Positions 8,271-17,811 of a stretch of 27,081 bases of DNA are shown here, in pieces (the first letter of the stretch is position 1; every line of letters starts with the position of its first letter). The position numbers were made by a program, and so were the translations under genes. The notes beneath the pieces are model-generated. The model was not told the DNA's origin and did not search any database. It saw nothing but the letters and a program-made list of their open reading frames with translations. This DNA is from Candidatus Latescibacterota bacterium (lineage in GTDB: Bacteria > Latescibacterota > UBA2968 > GCA-2709665), in the NCBI GenBank assembly GCA_963662665.2, contig CAXXJS010000024.1, forward strand, positions 1 to 27,081. The letters are read 5' to 3'.

Positions 8271-10245
8271 GTGCGCCGTGAAAAGGCGCGGAACTTCAGT
8301 GGGTGAGAGTCCCACCCGACAGATGTTGCCACAGTCGGAAGCAATCGGAGCGGAGACGCAGGTAACGACATCTCCGAAGCCTCCGGTGTAGAGGGTCGCC
8401 AGGCGACCCGGCGAGTATGTGGGCTGAAACGTGAGTAAACGCTGCGCAGGCCTCGAAAAAGGTAATGCGGGAGCCGACCCGGCTTTTGGACGGGGAAGGC
8501 CGCCGTCGTTGGGGAAGCAGGCAACGAGCGCACCCAACGGTCCCGCCGGGGTAATGGCGGAGGCACGCATACAAGGAGTTCCGACGCAACACGGGAAGCC
8601 CCAGCGGTGGGGGTGACACCAACCGGCAGCCCGCGAGGGCCAGGCCGGGCCGCATGGGGTGGCGGAGAGGCCCGTAGTACCTGAGAAGCCGGGTAATGCC
8701 GGTGGAGGAAAGGGGCCTTGGTTCAAGGGCAACGTCAAAGGAGCGAGAGCCGGGAGATTGGTATGAGCCTAAGACCTCCGGACAAGGTTCGGAAGCTGCG
8801 GATGACGTTGCATGCCAAAGCGAAGGAATCGCCCGATTACCGATTCTACGCGCTATATGACAAAGTGTATCGCGAGGACATCCTGAACTATGCTTACCGC
8901 TGCTGCAAGGCCAACGGCGGCGCGGCGGGCGTGGACGGGGAGACTTTCGAGGACATCGAGACATATGGACGAGACCGGTGGTTAGGCGAACTGTCGGAAG
9001 CCGTAAGAAGCAAATCGTATCGGACCTCTCCGATTCGTCGGGTATATATCCCGAAGCCGAACGGGAAGCAACGGCCGCTGGGTATCCCGACGATCAGGGA
9101 CCGTGCGGTGCAAACGGCGGCGGTGCTGGTCCTGGAGCCGATCATTGAAGCGGACCTGCCAGCAGGGCAGTATGCGTACCGTCCGAAGCGGAGCGCGCAC
9201 GACGCCGTCAAGGCGGTTCACAGTCTGGTGAACCGAGGCCACACACAGGTGATCGACGCCGACTTGAGCGGCTACTTCGACACGATCCCGCACGCCGAGT
9301 TGATGAAATCGGTGGCGCGCCGCATCTCGGACGGGCGGATACTGCGTCTGATCAAGATGTGGCTGACCGCGCCGGTGGAAGAAACCGACAAGCGGGGCCG
9401 GAAACGTCGGACGACGCCGAACAAGGACCAGGGAAGAGGGGTGCCGCAAGGCGCGCCCATCTCCCCGTTGCTGGCAAACCTGTATATGCGTCGGTTCATC
9501 CTGGGCTGGCGACTTCTGGGACATCAGCAACGTCTGAAGGCTCATATTGTCAACTACGCTGACGATTTTGTGATCTGCTGTCGCGGGTCTGCAAAAGAAG
9601 CGATGCGCGTGATGCGATGCATGATGAAAGCGCTCAAGTTGACGGTCAACGAGCAGAAGACGAGCGTATGCACGCTTCCGGAAGGACGATTTGACTTCCT
9701 GGGTTACACCATCGGACGCTGTTACTCGCCAAAGACGGGCAAGGCCTACATCGGCACGCGTCCGTCAAAGAAGGCGATCCGGCACATCTGCCGGGCCATC
9801 AGCGAGGCCACGGCGCGACGGTGGTTGCTGAAAGACCATCAAGAACGGATTGCCCACCTGAACCGAAAACTGGCAGGCTGGGGCAACTACTTCCGTCTTG
9901 GACCGGTCAGCAAAGCCTACCGGAGTGTGGACAGCCACACCCGGCAACGGCTCCGATGGTGGTTGTGCAACAAGCACCGGATACCGGGAAAGGGAACGTC
10001 ACGGTTCCCTGACGAGGTCCTCTACGATACGTTGGGCCTGACCCGGCTGGAAGCGCAGACGCGCAACTTTCCGTGGGCGAACGCATGACGCCTTGTCCGA
10101 GAGCCGGATGCGGTAACTCCGCACGTCCGGTTCGACGAGCGGGACGTGGAAACGGGGCACGGAGGGGCTATTGAGGCACCGCCAGACGAAAGGGGCGGAA
10201 ACAGATAGGCCACTCCTAAACCACCGCGCCACATCTCGACTCTAC
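8271..10245 (+). mobile_element. Group II intron (IIB-like, probably bacterial class E), apparently full length
   Basis: 5' GTGCG at 8271; domain V GAGCCGGATGCG...CGCACGTCCGGTTC (10101-10133) with AGC triad; domain VI GAGCGGGACGTGG...CCACATCTCG-A-CTC with bulged A at 10239; ends ...CTCTAC at 10245. Class assignment is from recalled IEP/DVI style. Confidence 0.93.
8763..10088 (+). CDS. ltrA: Group II intron reverse transcriptase/maturase (no C-terminal endonuclease)
   Basis: RT0 GAAGVDG, YIPKPNGKQRPLGIPTIRDRAVQ, DADLSGYFDTIPH, GVPQGAPISPLLANLY, YADD, FDFLGY and domain X GWGNYF. GGGAG RBS before ATG 8763; no HNH motif. Confidence 0.95.
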   Translation: MSLRPPDKVRKLRMTLHAKAKESPDYRFYALYDKVYREDILNYAYRCCKANGGAAGVDGETFEDIETYGRDRWLGELSEAVRSKSYRTSPIRRVYIPKPNGKQRPLGIPTIRDRAVQTAAVLVLEPIIEADLPAGQYAYRPKRSAHDAVKAVHSLVNRGHTQVIDADLSGYFDTIPHAELMKSVARRISDGRILRLIKMWLTAPVEETDKRGRKRRTTPNKDQGRGVPQGAPISPLLANLYMRRFILGWRLLGHQQRLKAHIVNYADDFVICCRGSAKEAMRVMRCMMKALKLTVNEQKTSVCTLPEGRFDFLGYTIGRCYSPKTGKAYIGTRPSKKAIRHICRAISEATARRWLLKDHQERIAHLNRKLAGWGNYFRLGPVSKAYRSVDSHTRQRLRWWLCNKHRIPGKGTSRFPDEVLYDTLGLTRLEAQTRNFPWANA

Positions 10246-10264
10246 TTAGTCCCGGAAATATAAC
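10236..10264 (+). promoter_or_regulatory. Putative hybrid sigma70 promoter (intron-derived -35 TCGACT, 17-bp spacer, -10 TATAAC)
   Basis: TCGACT 10236-10241, TATAAC 10259-10264; AAGGAGAGG RBS and ATG 10288 follow. Confidence 0.4.
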
Positions 10265-10287
10265 GAATCAAGGTTAAGGAGAGGACT

Positions 10288-11079
10288 ATGAAAATTGGCG
10301 TGACGCAGATTATTCTGGGCCGGCTTTCGCTGGACGAAACGCTGGAGCTATGCCGGGACGCCGGCTATGAGGCTCTGGAACTGGTTTTCGGCGACGGCGG
10401 CGACCCGGACGTGAATATGAACGACGATGAGATCCGGGCGATACGCGGCAAATGCGATGCCGCCGGCCTGGAAATCGGTAGTTCGATGGCGCAATATGCA
10501 AGTCGCGGGAACTTCCTGAGTTTAAATTCGACCGATCGGGAGCAGGGCGTCAGGTGTCTGGTGCGGTCCATTGAAATCGCACACGTTCTGGGGATAGACG
10601 CGGTACTGCTGCATCCCGGGCAGCTCACGGCCCAGGGTACCTATGAACAGGCCTGGGACCTCATGCTGGGTGCAATCAGGGACCTCGCGCCTGTTGCCGA
10701 GGAGAAGGGGGTCTCCGTGGGAATCGAGAACGTATGGAACAAGTTCCTGTTGAGTCCCCGGGAAATGGCCGCGTTTGTGGATGCCGTGGGTAGCCCGCGG
10801 GTGGGGACCTACCTCGACACCGCGAACATGATGGCCTACGGCTTCCCCGAACACTGGATTCGCGGCCTTGGCGACCGCATTGTCCGGGTACATTTCAAGG
10901 ACTTCAAGCGAAGCGGACACCGTTTTGTGGATCTCATGGACGGCGATACGGATTGGCCTTTGGTGATGGCGGAACTGCGCGCCATCGGATACGGTTCTCC
11001 GGTGATTCACGAGGTCTCGGGGAATCGCGAGGCGCAGATCGAGACGGCAAGTCGCATGAGGAAAATCGTAGCGATGTAG
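10288..11079 (+). CDS. Sugar phosphate isomerase/epimerase (xylose isomerase-like TIM barrel)
   Basis: GYEALEL, GIENVWNKFLLSP, YLDTAN, VHFKD, GDTDW and IHE metal motifs; strong RBS. Confidence 0.88.
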   Translation: MKIGVTQIILGRLSLDETLELCRDAGYEALELVFGDGGDPDVNMNDDEIRAIRGKCDAAGLEIGSSMAQYASRGNFLSLNSTDREQGVRCLVRSIEIAHVLGIDAVLLHPGQLTAQGTYEQAWDLMLGAIRDLAPVAEEKGVSVGIENVWNKFLLSPREMAAFVDAVGSPRVGTYLDTANMMAYGFPEHWIRGLGDRIVRVHFKDFKRSGHRFVDLMDGDTDWPLVMAELRAIGYGSPVIHEVSGNREAQIETASRMRKIVAM

Positions 11080-11149
11080 ATGCGAAGAAACTGTGCATCG
11101 AGGGTCAGGAATCCGATACCTGGCTCCGATGGTTAAACGGGGAGTGTAG

Positions 11150-13153
11150 ATGGTTGAACCATCCACGCGTGGTTTGGCGCGTATGCAGAGAAACCCGGCG
11201 TACGAGGCGGCGGAAGATCGCGGTACGACGGTTCGGGCGCTGATTTTCGGGCTGGGTCTGTCGCTTGTGATCAGCGTTCTGGGGAATGTCGTACGGTATA
11301 TACTCCATTCCTCGTTTATGGCCTACAGCCACATGCCAATGGGGAATCTGATTGTCTGGCTGCTGTCGATTCTGGTCTTTGCGGTCCTGGCGAAAGGGTT
11401 CGGCCGTAAGTTTGTATTCTCGTCCAGCGAGTGGATTACGATATTCGCGATGGGGTTCATAGCATCCCTTGGTCCCACCTATGGCGTGAGCGGCTACCTT
11501 GTGGGTGTCATCGTAACACCCTATTATTTCGCCACGCCCGAGAACCGGTGGGCGGAGTTTCTGCATCCGTACCTCCCGGAATGGATTATTCCAACCAACA
11601 AGGACGGGGCGATGACCTGGTTTTACGACGGGTTGCCCCAGGGAGTTCCCATCCCTTGGGAGGCGTGGACCATGCCCCTGTTCTGGTGGTTTACGTTTGT
11701 CAGTGCGGTGGCGTTGGCCTGCCTGTGCGCGTCCGTGATTATCCACAGGCAGTGGTCGGAGAACGAGAAGATCGTGTTTCCCGCAATGGAACCGATCGTG
11801 GAGATGGCGGCCAACGCCGGCAAGGGTAGCGGTTGGCTCCCGGAGTTCATGACGGGCAAGGCCTTCTGGACCGGATTCGCGATCGTTTTTTTTGTGTTCA
11901 GCTGGAATATCATCGGATGGTTCAAACCGGGGTTTCCCGTTTTTCCCACGGCGAGGGGAACGTGGATCCCCCTTGGCCAGGCCTTTCCCCCGCAGTGGAT
12001 CTTCGTGAGTACGGTTGTCATCTGTTTTTCCTACTTCGCCAGCCTCGAGGTATTGTTCAGCCTGTGGTTCTTCGACCTGTTGTTTATCTTCGAAGGCGGC
12101 TTTCTGAACCGGCTCGGCGTGGAGGCGATTTCACCCCACTATATGACGGGCCGGTACGGCTGGCAGACGGCGGGCGCCTTTATCGGGATCGCCTTCTGGT
12201 GGCTGCTGGTTTCCCGAACGCATCTGCGCCAGGCGTTCCGGAAGGCGCTCCGGCCCGAACGGGACCTTTTGGACGACAGCCGGGAACTGCTGTCGTACCG
12301 GGCGGCTTTTCTTTGGCTTGCCATTTCAACGGTATACGCAGTCGCGTGGTTGTGGCAGGCTGGAATGGACCTGAAAATAATCTGCCTGCTGATTCCTACG
12401 ATGTTTCTGATCTATTTCGGGGTGGCCAAGGTTCTGGCCGAGACGGGTCATATTTATATAGGATCCGCGACAAGGGCGTGGGATCTCGCCACCGCGGCAT
12501 TGGGGGGCGCCAGCGCCGTCCCGGCGCCGAACCACGCGTTAATGTATCCGGCGTCCGTATCGCTTAACCACTTTCGCGCGTACACGTTTTCGCTGGGGAT
12601 GCACGTGAACCGGCTCGGAGACTTTCTCGTTGGAGGTCATCGCCGGTTCTTTGGCGGCGTCTTCGCCGCGTTTATCGTGGGCGTGGCAGGATCCACCCTG
12701 TTTACGATCTGGCTGGGCTATACAATAGGCGGATACAACTTCCAGCCCAACTGGCTGATTATCCGCGCCGGCGTCGGCGGATACCAGCGTGGCGTGAACG
12801 ATATACTCTCGCCGGAACCGACCGAGGTGGAAGACTACTGGTTCTTCCTGGCGGGCTTTGTCGCAATGATGGTGTTGAATCTGCTGCGGTACCGCCTCAG
12901 CTGGTGGCCTCTTCATCCGGTGGGATTCGCAATTTCAGGAGCGTGGCTGACGCGCCTGACGAGCTTTACGCTGTTCCTGGCCTGGCTGGTGAAGTTCATC
13001 CTGCTGAAGCTGGTTGGTGCAGCGTTTTACAGGAAATCGCGTCCGTTTTTTATCGGAGCGCTTACCGCGTATATACTGGTGACAACGCTCGGGCTTGTCG
13101 TAGACGCCGTTTTCTTCGGGAAACAGGGGCACACACTCCACAAATGGTATTAG
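11150..13153 (+). CDS. Polytopic membrane protein, DUF6785/DUF6784-like (putative transporter), copy 1
   Basis: Many hydrophobic segments; TVRALIFG, PYYFATPENRW, RQWSENEKIVFP, WWPLHPVGF and PFFIG family motifs. Confidence 0.75.
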   Translation: MVEPSTRGLARMQRNPAYEAAEDRGTTVRALIFGLGLSLVISVLGNVVRYILHSSFMAYSHMPMGNLIVWLLSILVFAVLAKGFGRKFVFSSSEWITIFAMGFIASLGPTYGVSGYLVGVIVTPYYFATPENRWAEFLHPYLPEWIIPTNKDGAMTWFYDGLPQGVPIPWEAWTMPLFWWFTFVSAVALACLCASVIIHRQWSENEKIVFPAMEPIVEMAANAGKGSGWLPEFMTGKAFWTGFAIVFFVFSWNIIGWFKPGFPVFPTARGTWIPLGQAFPPQWIFVSTVVICFSYFASLEVLFSLWFFDLLFIFEGGFLNRLGVEAISPHYMTGRYGWQTAGAFIGIAFWWLLVSRTHLRQAFRKALRPERDLLDDSRELLSYRAAFLWLAISTVYAVAWLWQAGMDLKIICLLIPTMFLIYFGVAKVLAETGHIYIGSATRAWDLATAALGGASAVPAPNHALMYPASVSLNHFRAYTFSLGMHVNRLGDFLVGGHRRFFGGVFAAFIVGVAGSTLFTIWLGYTIGGYNFQPNWLIIRAGVGGYQRGVNDILSPEPTEVEDYWFFLAGFVAMMVLNLLRYRLSWWPLHPVGFAISGAWLTRLTSFTLFLAWLVKFILLKLVGAAFYRKSRPFFIGALTAYILVTTLGLVVDAVFFGKQGHTLHKWY

Positions 13154-13222
13154 CGTCGGTAAATTTCCTCGGGGATGCGTGGGTGGGCGGCATTCCCTCT
13201 GGCCCGTTTCCGGGACTGTACA

Positions 13223-15226
13223 ATGGCTGAAAGCGGCGCGGCGATCCGGCAGTCCGCACAACGAAATCTCGAAACGCCCGCTGCCGTGGCGGACAGGGGC
13301 GTTACGCTTAGATCCGTTCTCTTTGGATTGTGCCTGGCGGTGGCCGTCAGTTTGCTGGCCAACACCGTGCTGTATCTCGTTCATGGTTCGCTGATGGCCT
13401 ACAGCCATATGCCCATGGGCAATCTCATTCTGACGCTTCTTTCCATGGTCTTCTGTTCAGTCCTGGCCTTTCGATTCGGAAGGCCCTTTCTGTTTTCCAG
13501 ATCGGAATGGCTGACCGTCTTTACGATGGGGTTTGTGAGTTCGCTCGGACCCACTTACGGCGTGAGCGGATACCTGGTGGGCGTGATCGTGTCCCCATAC
13601 TATTTCGCCACGCCCGAGAATCGCTGGTCGGAGTTTCTGCATCCGTATCTGCCGGATTTCATCTTCCCCCATAACAAGAACGGGGAGATGAGTTGGTTCT
13701 ACAACGGGTTACCGCCCGACGCTGCGGTTCCCTGGGAGAGCTGGATAGGACCGTTGTTCTGGTGGTTCACGTTTATTGCGGCAGTGGCATTCGCCTGTTT
13801 CTGTGTTTCCATCATCATCCACCGCCAGTGGTCGGAATACGAAAAGCTGGTCTTTCCGGCTATGGAGCCGATCGTGGAAATGGCGTCCTCCGCCGGCTCG
13901 GGAAGACGTCTGCTGCCGGAACTGATGAAGGGTCGTATGTTCTGGGCGGGGTTTTCGGTAAGCGCCTTCATCTATTGCTGGAATATGATCGGCTGGTTCT
14001 TCCCGGGCTTTCCCGGTTTCCGCATGACGCCGGGGTGGTACCTGCCGCTGGCGCGGGATTTTCCCGCGCTGTGGATTTCCTTCAATACCTACGTGGTGTG
14101 TTTTGCCTATTTTGCCAGCCTGGAAGTCCTTTTCAGCCTCTGGTTCTTCGACCTTTTCTTCGTGGTCGAGTCGGGAATCCTGACCCGATTGGGCATGCCG
14201 TCCTGGCACGCCTACCGGTCAGCGGGGCCCTATACCTGGCAGACTGCGGGGGCGTTCGTCTGTCTCGCTGTGTTCTGGGTATTGATTTCGAGGCGCCACC
14301 TCGCAGACGCGTTCCGGAAGGCGTTGCGGCCAACCAGCACGCATCTTGACGACAGCCGCGAACTCATTTCCTATCGCTCGGCGTTTCTCGGACTGGCAGT
14401 CGCGAGCGGTTACGCCGTCGCCTGGCTCTGGAATGCCGGGATGGATGCGGGCGTGATTCTGCTCACGGTGCCAACCATGTTTCTGGTTTACCTGGCGATG
14501 GGTAAGATACTGGCAGATTCGGGGCTCGTATTCCTGAGTTCGCCGACGTCGGCTCGAAGCCTGGTACAGGCTGCTTTCGGAGGACCCAGGGGAATTCCGG
14601 CTGCAACCCACGCGCTGTTCTATCCCACGGCCGTGGCTTTGAGTCACTTTAAGGGGACGATATTCACGTTCGGCATGCACGCCAACCGGCTGGGAGAATT
14701 CGTGGCGGGCAACAGAAGGCGGCTGTTCTGGTCGGTGTGTGCCGCGTTTCTCGTGGGCCTTGTCGCTTCCACCCTGTATGTGGTCTGGCTGGGGTACCGT
14801 GTGGGCGGGTACAATTTCGAGCCGAACTGGTTGGTGACGCGGGCCGGGCAGAGCGGTTTCCAGGGTGCGGTAAGCGATATTATTTCGCCCAATCCGATGC
14901 AATCGAGCGAGTATGTGTTTTTCATCGTGGGTGTGCTGGCAATGGCGTTAATCACCGTCATGCGCTATCGGTTTGCGTGGTGGCCCTTTCATCCCATCGG
15001 CTTTGCGCTTTCCGGGTCCGCCCTGTCACACCTGACCGGGTTCACGATATTTCTGGCCTGGAGCCTCAAGGCGATCCTGCTGAGGTTCTTCGGCGCCGCG
15101 TTTTACAGACGCTCGCGGCCGTTTTTCGTCGGGCTTCTTATTGGATACGTGTTTTCAATCGCGCTTGGCCTGGTGTTGGATGCCATCTGGTTCATGCCCC
15201 GGGGCCACCGGATCCACGTGTATTAA
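13223..15226 (+). CDS. Polytopic membrane protein, DUF6785/DUF6784-like (putative transporter), copy 2
   Basis: Collinear paralog of 11150-13153 with the same motifs. ATG 13223 chosen by N-terminal alignment (the ORF track starts at 13175). Confidence 0.75.
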   Translation: MAESGAAIRQSAQRNLETPAAVADRGVTLRSVLFGLCLAVAVSLLANTVLYLVHGSLMAYSHMPMGNLILTLLSMVFCSVLAFRFGRPFLFSRSEWLTVFTMGFVSSLGPTYGVSGYLVGVIVSPYYFATPENRWSEFLHPYLPDFIFPHNKNGEMSWFYNGLPPDAAVPWESWIGPLFWWFTFIAAVAFACFCVSIIIHRQWSEYEKLVFPAMEPIVEMASSAGSGRRLLPELMKGRMFWAGFSVSAFIYCWNMIGWFFPGFPGFRMTPGWYLPLARDFPALWISFNTYVVCFAYFASLEVLFSLWFFDLFFVVESGILTRLGMPSWHAYRSAGPYTWQTAGAFVCLAVFWVLISRRHLADAFRKALRPTSTHLDDSRELISYRSAFLGLAVASGYAVAWLWNAGMDAGVILLTVPTMFLVYLAMGKILADSGLVFLSSPTSARSLVQAAFGGPRGIPAATHALFYPTAVALSHFKGTIFTFGMHANRLGEFVAGNRRRLFWSVCAAFLVGLVASTLYVVWLGYRVGGYNFEPNWLVTRAGQSGFQGAVSDIISPNPMQSSEYVFFIVGVLAMALITVMRYRFAWWPFHPIGFALSGSALSHLTGFTIFLAWSLKAILLRFFGAAFYRRSRPFFVGLLIGYVFSIALGLVLDAIWFMPRGHRIHVY

Positions 15227-15359
15227 GCACTTCCCGTGTGATCGCTATGCCCGGCATTTCCATTCTCAGGCCTCACGGCGCGAATCAGGAACCTTATAGA
15301 CTCCGGAATGCCAGCCAGTTTGCCACAACAGATGTCTGATCACGAAAAGGAGAGATAAA

Positions 15360-16406
15360 ATGCCAGACGGGTTTCGCAGGGTAGCGGCCAGGGACGGGGC
15401 CGGACGGATCGTGGTGATCGAGGAACCCGTTCCACGGCCCGGTCCCGGCCAGGTTCAGGTTGAGGTCCGGGCGAGTTTTGTGAGTCCTGGTACGGAACTG
15501 GGCGGCGTGAAGAGGCTTCGGGAGAATCCGGGCAGCGGCCCGCCCCGCCCATTCGGTTATTCGAATTCCGGGGTTGTAATAGGACGGGGCGAGGGGTGCG
15601 AAGACGTTTCCACGGGTACCCGCGTGGCCTGTATGGGTGGAGGGTATGCACTGCACGCCACCCACGTCTGCGTTCCCAGAAATTTGGCGGTTCCCATGTC
15701 CGATTCCGTTAACTTCGAGGACGCGTCGGCGATTCACCTGGTGGCGACGGCGTTAAACGCCGTCCGTCGTGCCGAATTGACTCTGGGTGAATATGTCGCG
15801 GTGGTCGGACTGGGCCCTGTGGGACAGTTCTCCTGCCAATGGGCGCGGCTTGCCGGCTGCCACACGCTGGCGCTGGACAGGCTGCCGATGCGTCTTTCGG
15901 CGGCGCAGAAAACAGGGGTGGACCGCATCGTGAACGTGAGCGAGGAGGACGCCTCCGGCGCGTCGGAGGAGTTTACGCGCGGATATGGTCTGGACGCCGG
16001 AATACTCGCTTTCGGAGGGGATGGTACCGGGGCTTTCAAAATGCTGGTTGCGATGATGAAGCGTGCGCCCGATACCCACCAGATGGGCCGGATCACCATC
16101 GTGGGCGGAGCGAGAATCGAACACGTTTTTGCGTCGGGCCTGGGCAACCTGGACGTGCGGAGCGCGGCGCGCACGGGCCCGGGATATCACGATGAAGCCT
16201 GGGAACACGGGCGGGACTATCCGCCAGTATTCATGCGATGGACGACCAGGCGGAACCTGGAGGAATGCGTGGCGTTCATTGCTTCCGGAGGGATGCAGGT
16301 CGAACCGCTCATCACCCACCGGGTCGGGCTTTCCGATGCGCCCGATGCCTGTGAAGACCTGATTCAACGTCCCAACGAAGCGCTCGGTGTGGTGCTGTTG
16401 CCGTAG
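15360..16406 (+). CDS. MDR-superfamily (alcohol dehydrogenase-like) oxidoreductase
   Basis: SPGTE and PFGYSNSG (the subfamily lacking the catalytic-zinc GHE motif), GLGPVG Rossmann motif, LITHR; AAGGAG RBS. Confidence 0.85.
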   Translation: MPDGFRRVAARDGAGRIVVIEEPVPRPGPGQVQVEVRASFVSPGTELGGVKRLRENPGSGPPRPFGYSNSGVVIGRGEGCEDVSTGTRVACMGGGYALHATHVCVPRNLAVPMSDSVNFEDASAIHLVATALNAVRRAELTLGEYVAVVGLGPVGQFSCQWARLAGCHTLALDRLPMRLSAAQKTGVDRIVNVSEEDASGASEEFTRGYGLDAGILAFGGDGTGAFKMLVAMMKRAPDTHQMGRITIVGGARIEHVFASGLGNLDVRSAARTGPGYHDEAWEHGRDYPPVFMRWTTRRNLEECVAFIASGGMQVEPLITHRVGLSDAPDACEDLIQRPNEALGVVLLP

Positions 16407-16443
16407 TGACGTTGCCGGGAACTATCTTGAAGGAGAATTGTCA

Positions 16444-17526
16444 ATGTCTGGAAAACGATATCGAGGCGGCGCGATTGGCCGGACGGGCCGTGGCGGCTAC
16501 GGGCACGGCCTTCATCTGGGCCTGACGGCTGCCGACAACGTGGACCTGGTGGCCGTGGCGGATCCGGATGCGGACGGCAGAGCGGAGGCGGCCGAGGCCG
16601 CGGGCGCCGAGCGGACCTATGAAGATTTCCGCAAAATGCTCGAAATGGAAGCCCTGGAAATTGTCACCGTGGGTCCCCGTTGGGTGGATTGTCACGAGGA
16701 GATGGTACTGGCGTGCGTGCAAGCGGGTTGCCACGTCTATTGCGAAAAACCGATGGCGCACAGTCTGGAATCGGCGGATCGGATGGTGTCGGCGGCGGAA
16801 CGAGCGGGCGTCAAACTGGCCGTAGCGCATCAGGGCGTCTATCTGCCTCAGGTTCAGGCCGCAAAACGCATGCTGGACGAAGGAAGCATCGGGCCGTTAC
16901 TGGCAATTTACGCAACCGGAAAGCAGGACCACCGCGGCGGAGGCGAGGATATGATCGTCCTGGGTACGCACCTGTTCAATCTGATGCGCTTCCTCGCCGG
17001 AAACGTAGCCTGGATGAACGCTCAGGTCAGGGTGGGTGGTCGTGAATTGCGCCCCGGCGACGCCTTTGAGGCCAGAGAACCGGTCGGACTGATTGCAGGT
17101 GACTGTATACACAGTTGTTTTGCGTTTGAAAGCGGCGCATCCGGCTCTTTTGTATCCCGGGCGAATCAGCCCGGCAACGGGCAGTGTTTCGGGATGGAAC
17201 TGGTGGGGCGTGACGGACGACTTATGCTGCGAGGCGGCGCGCCAACCCTGATTGCCGCCTATCCGTACAGTGTCTGGCTGCCGGAGGAAAAATCTCAGGC
17301 CTGGGAAGTGCTGGACCTGGAAACCGCGCCGTTTGCAGATGGCAATCGGCTCGCGATTCTGGATCTGATCGATGCGATCGAGCAGGACCGGCAGCCCCTG
17401 TCAAGCGGTGTGGATGCGGTGAAGGCCCTGGAAATGGTGCTGGGGGCTTATTCATCCCAGATTTCCGGCGGTCGTGTCTTGTTTCCAGTGGCCGATCGAA
17501 CCCACCCGCTAGAGGGATTTGCATAG
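16444..17526 (+). CDS. Gfo/Idh/MocA family oxidoreductase
   Basis: VAVAD, HVYCEKPMA and GTHLFNLMRFL motifs; AAGGAG RBS before ATG 16444. Confidence 0.88.
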   Translation: MSGKRYRGGAIGRTGRGGYGHGLHLGLTAADNVDLVAVADPDADGRAEAAEAAGAERTYEDFRKMLEMEALEIVTVGPRWVDCHEEMVLACVQAGCHVYCEKPMAHSLESADRMVSAAERAGVKLAVAHQGVYLPQVQAAKRMLDEGSIGPLLAIYATGKQDHRGGGEDMIVLGTHLFNLMRFLAGNVAWMNAQVRVGGRELRPGDAFEAREPVGLIAGDCIHSCFAFESGASGSFVSRANQPGNGQCFGMELVGRDGRLMLRGGAPTLIAAYPYSVWLPEEKSQAWEVLDLETAPFADGNRLAILDLIDAIEQDRQPLSSGVDAVKALEMVLGAYSSQISGGRVLFPVADRTHPLEGFA

Positions 17527-17694
17527 CCTGAATACGGTGTTTGCCAGTCTCTCTTATCCACGATACCCGTATCCGACAGGACACCGGCGGATCTTTGATC
17601 CAGTCGTTGTCGGCCTGCGCGCGGTCTCACTACCATCGGGTCTTTTCCGCGCCAATTCGGGCTGAATTGATCCTGGGGATCGGGTACGGATGCT

Positions 17695-17723
17695 TTGGAT
17701 ATCCCGCGGGTTTGTCGTATATT
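17695..17723 (+). promoter_or_regulatory. Putative sigma70 promoter for the PAC2 gene
   Basis: TTGGAT (17695-17700), 17-bp spacer, TATATT (17718-17723). Confidence 0.35.
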
Positions 17724-17811
17724 ATCGGAACAAAACCGTGTTGAACCGGACTGCGCCGGCATCCGGCCTGTTCATCAGGAATCGACGCCCCAGGCGGAAG
17801 GTGGAATCAAG

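Noticed and set aside
8164-8964. ORFs overlapping intron domains I-III on both strands
   Set aside because: They are shadow frames over structured intron RNA.
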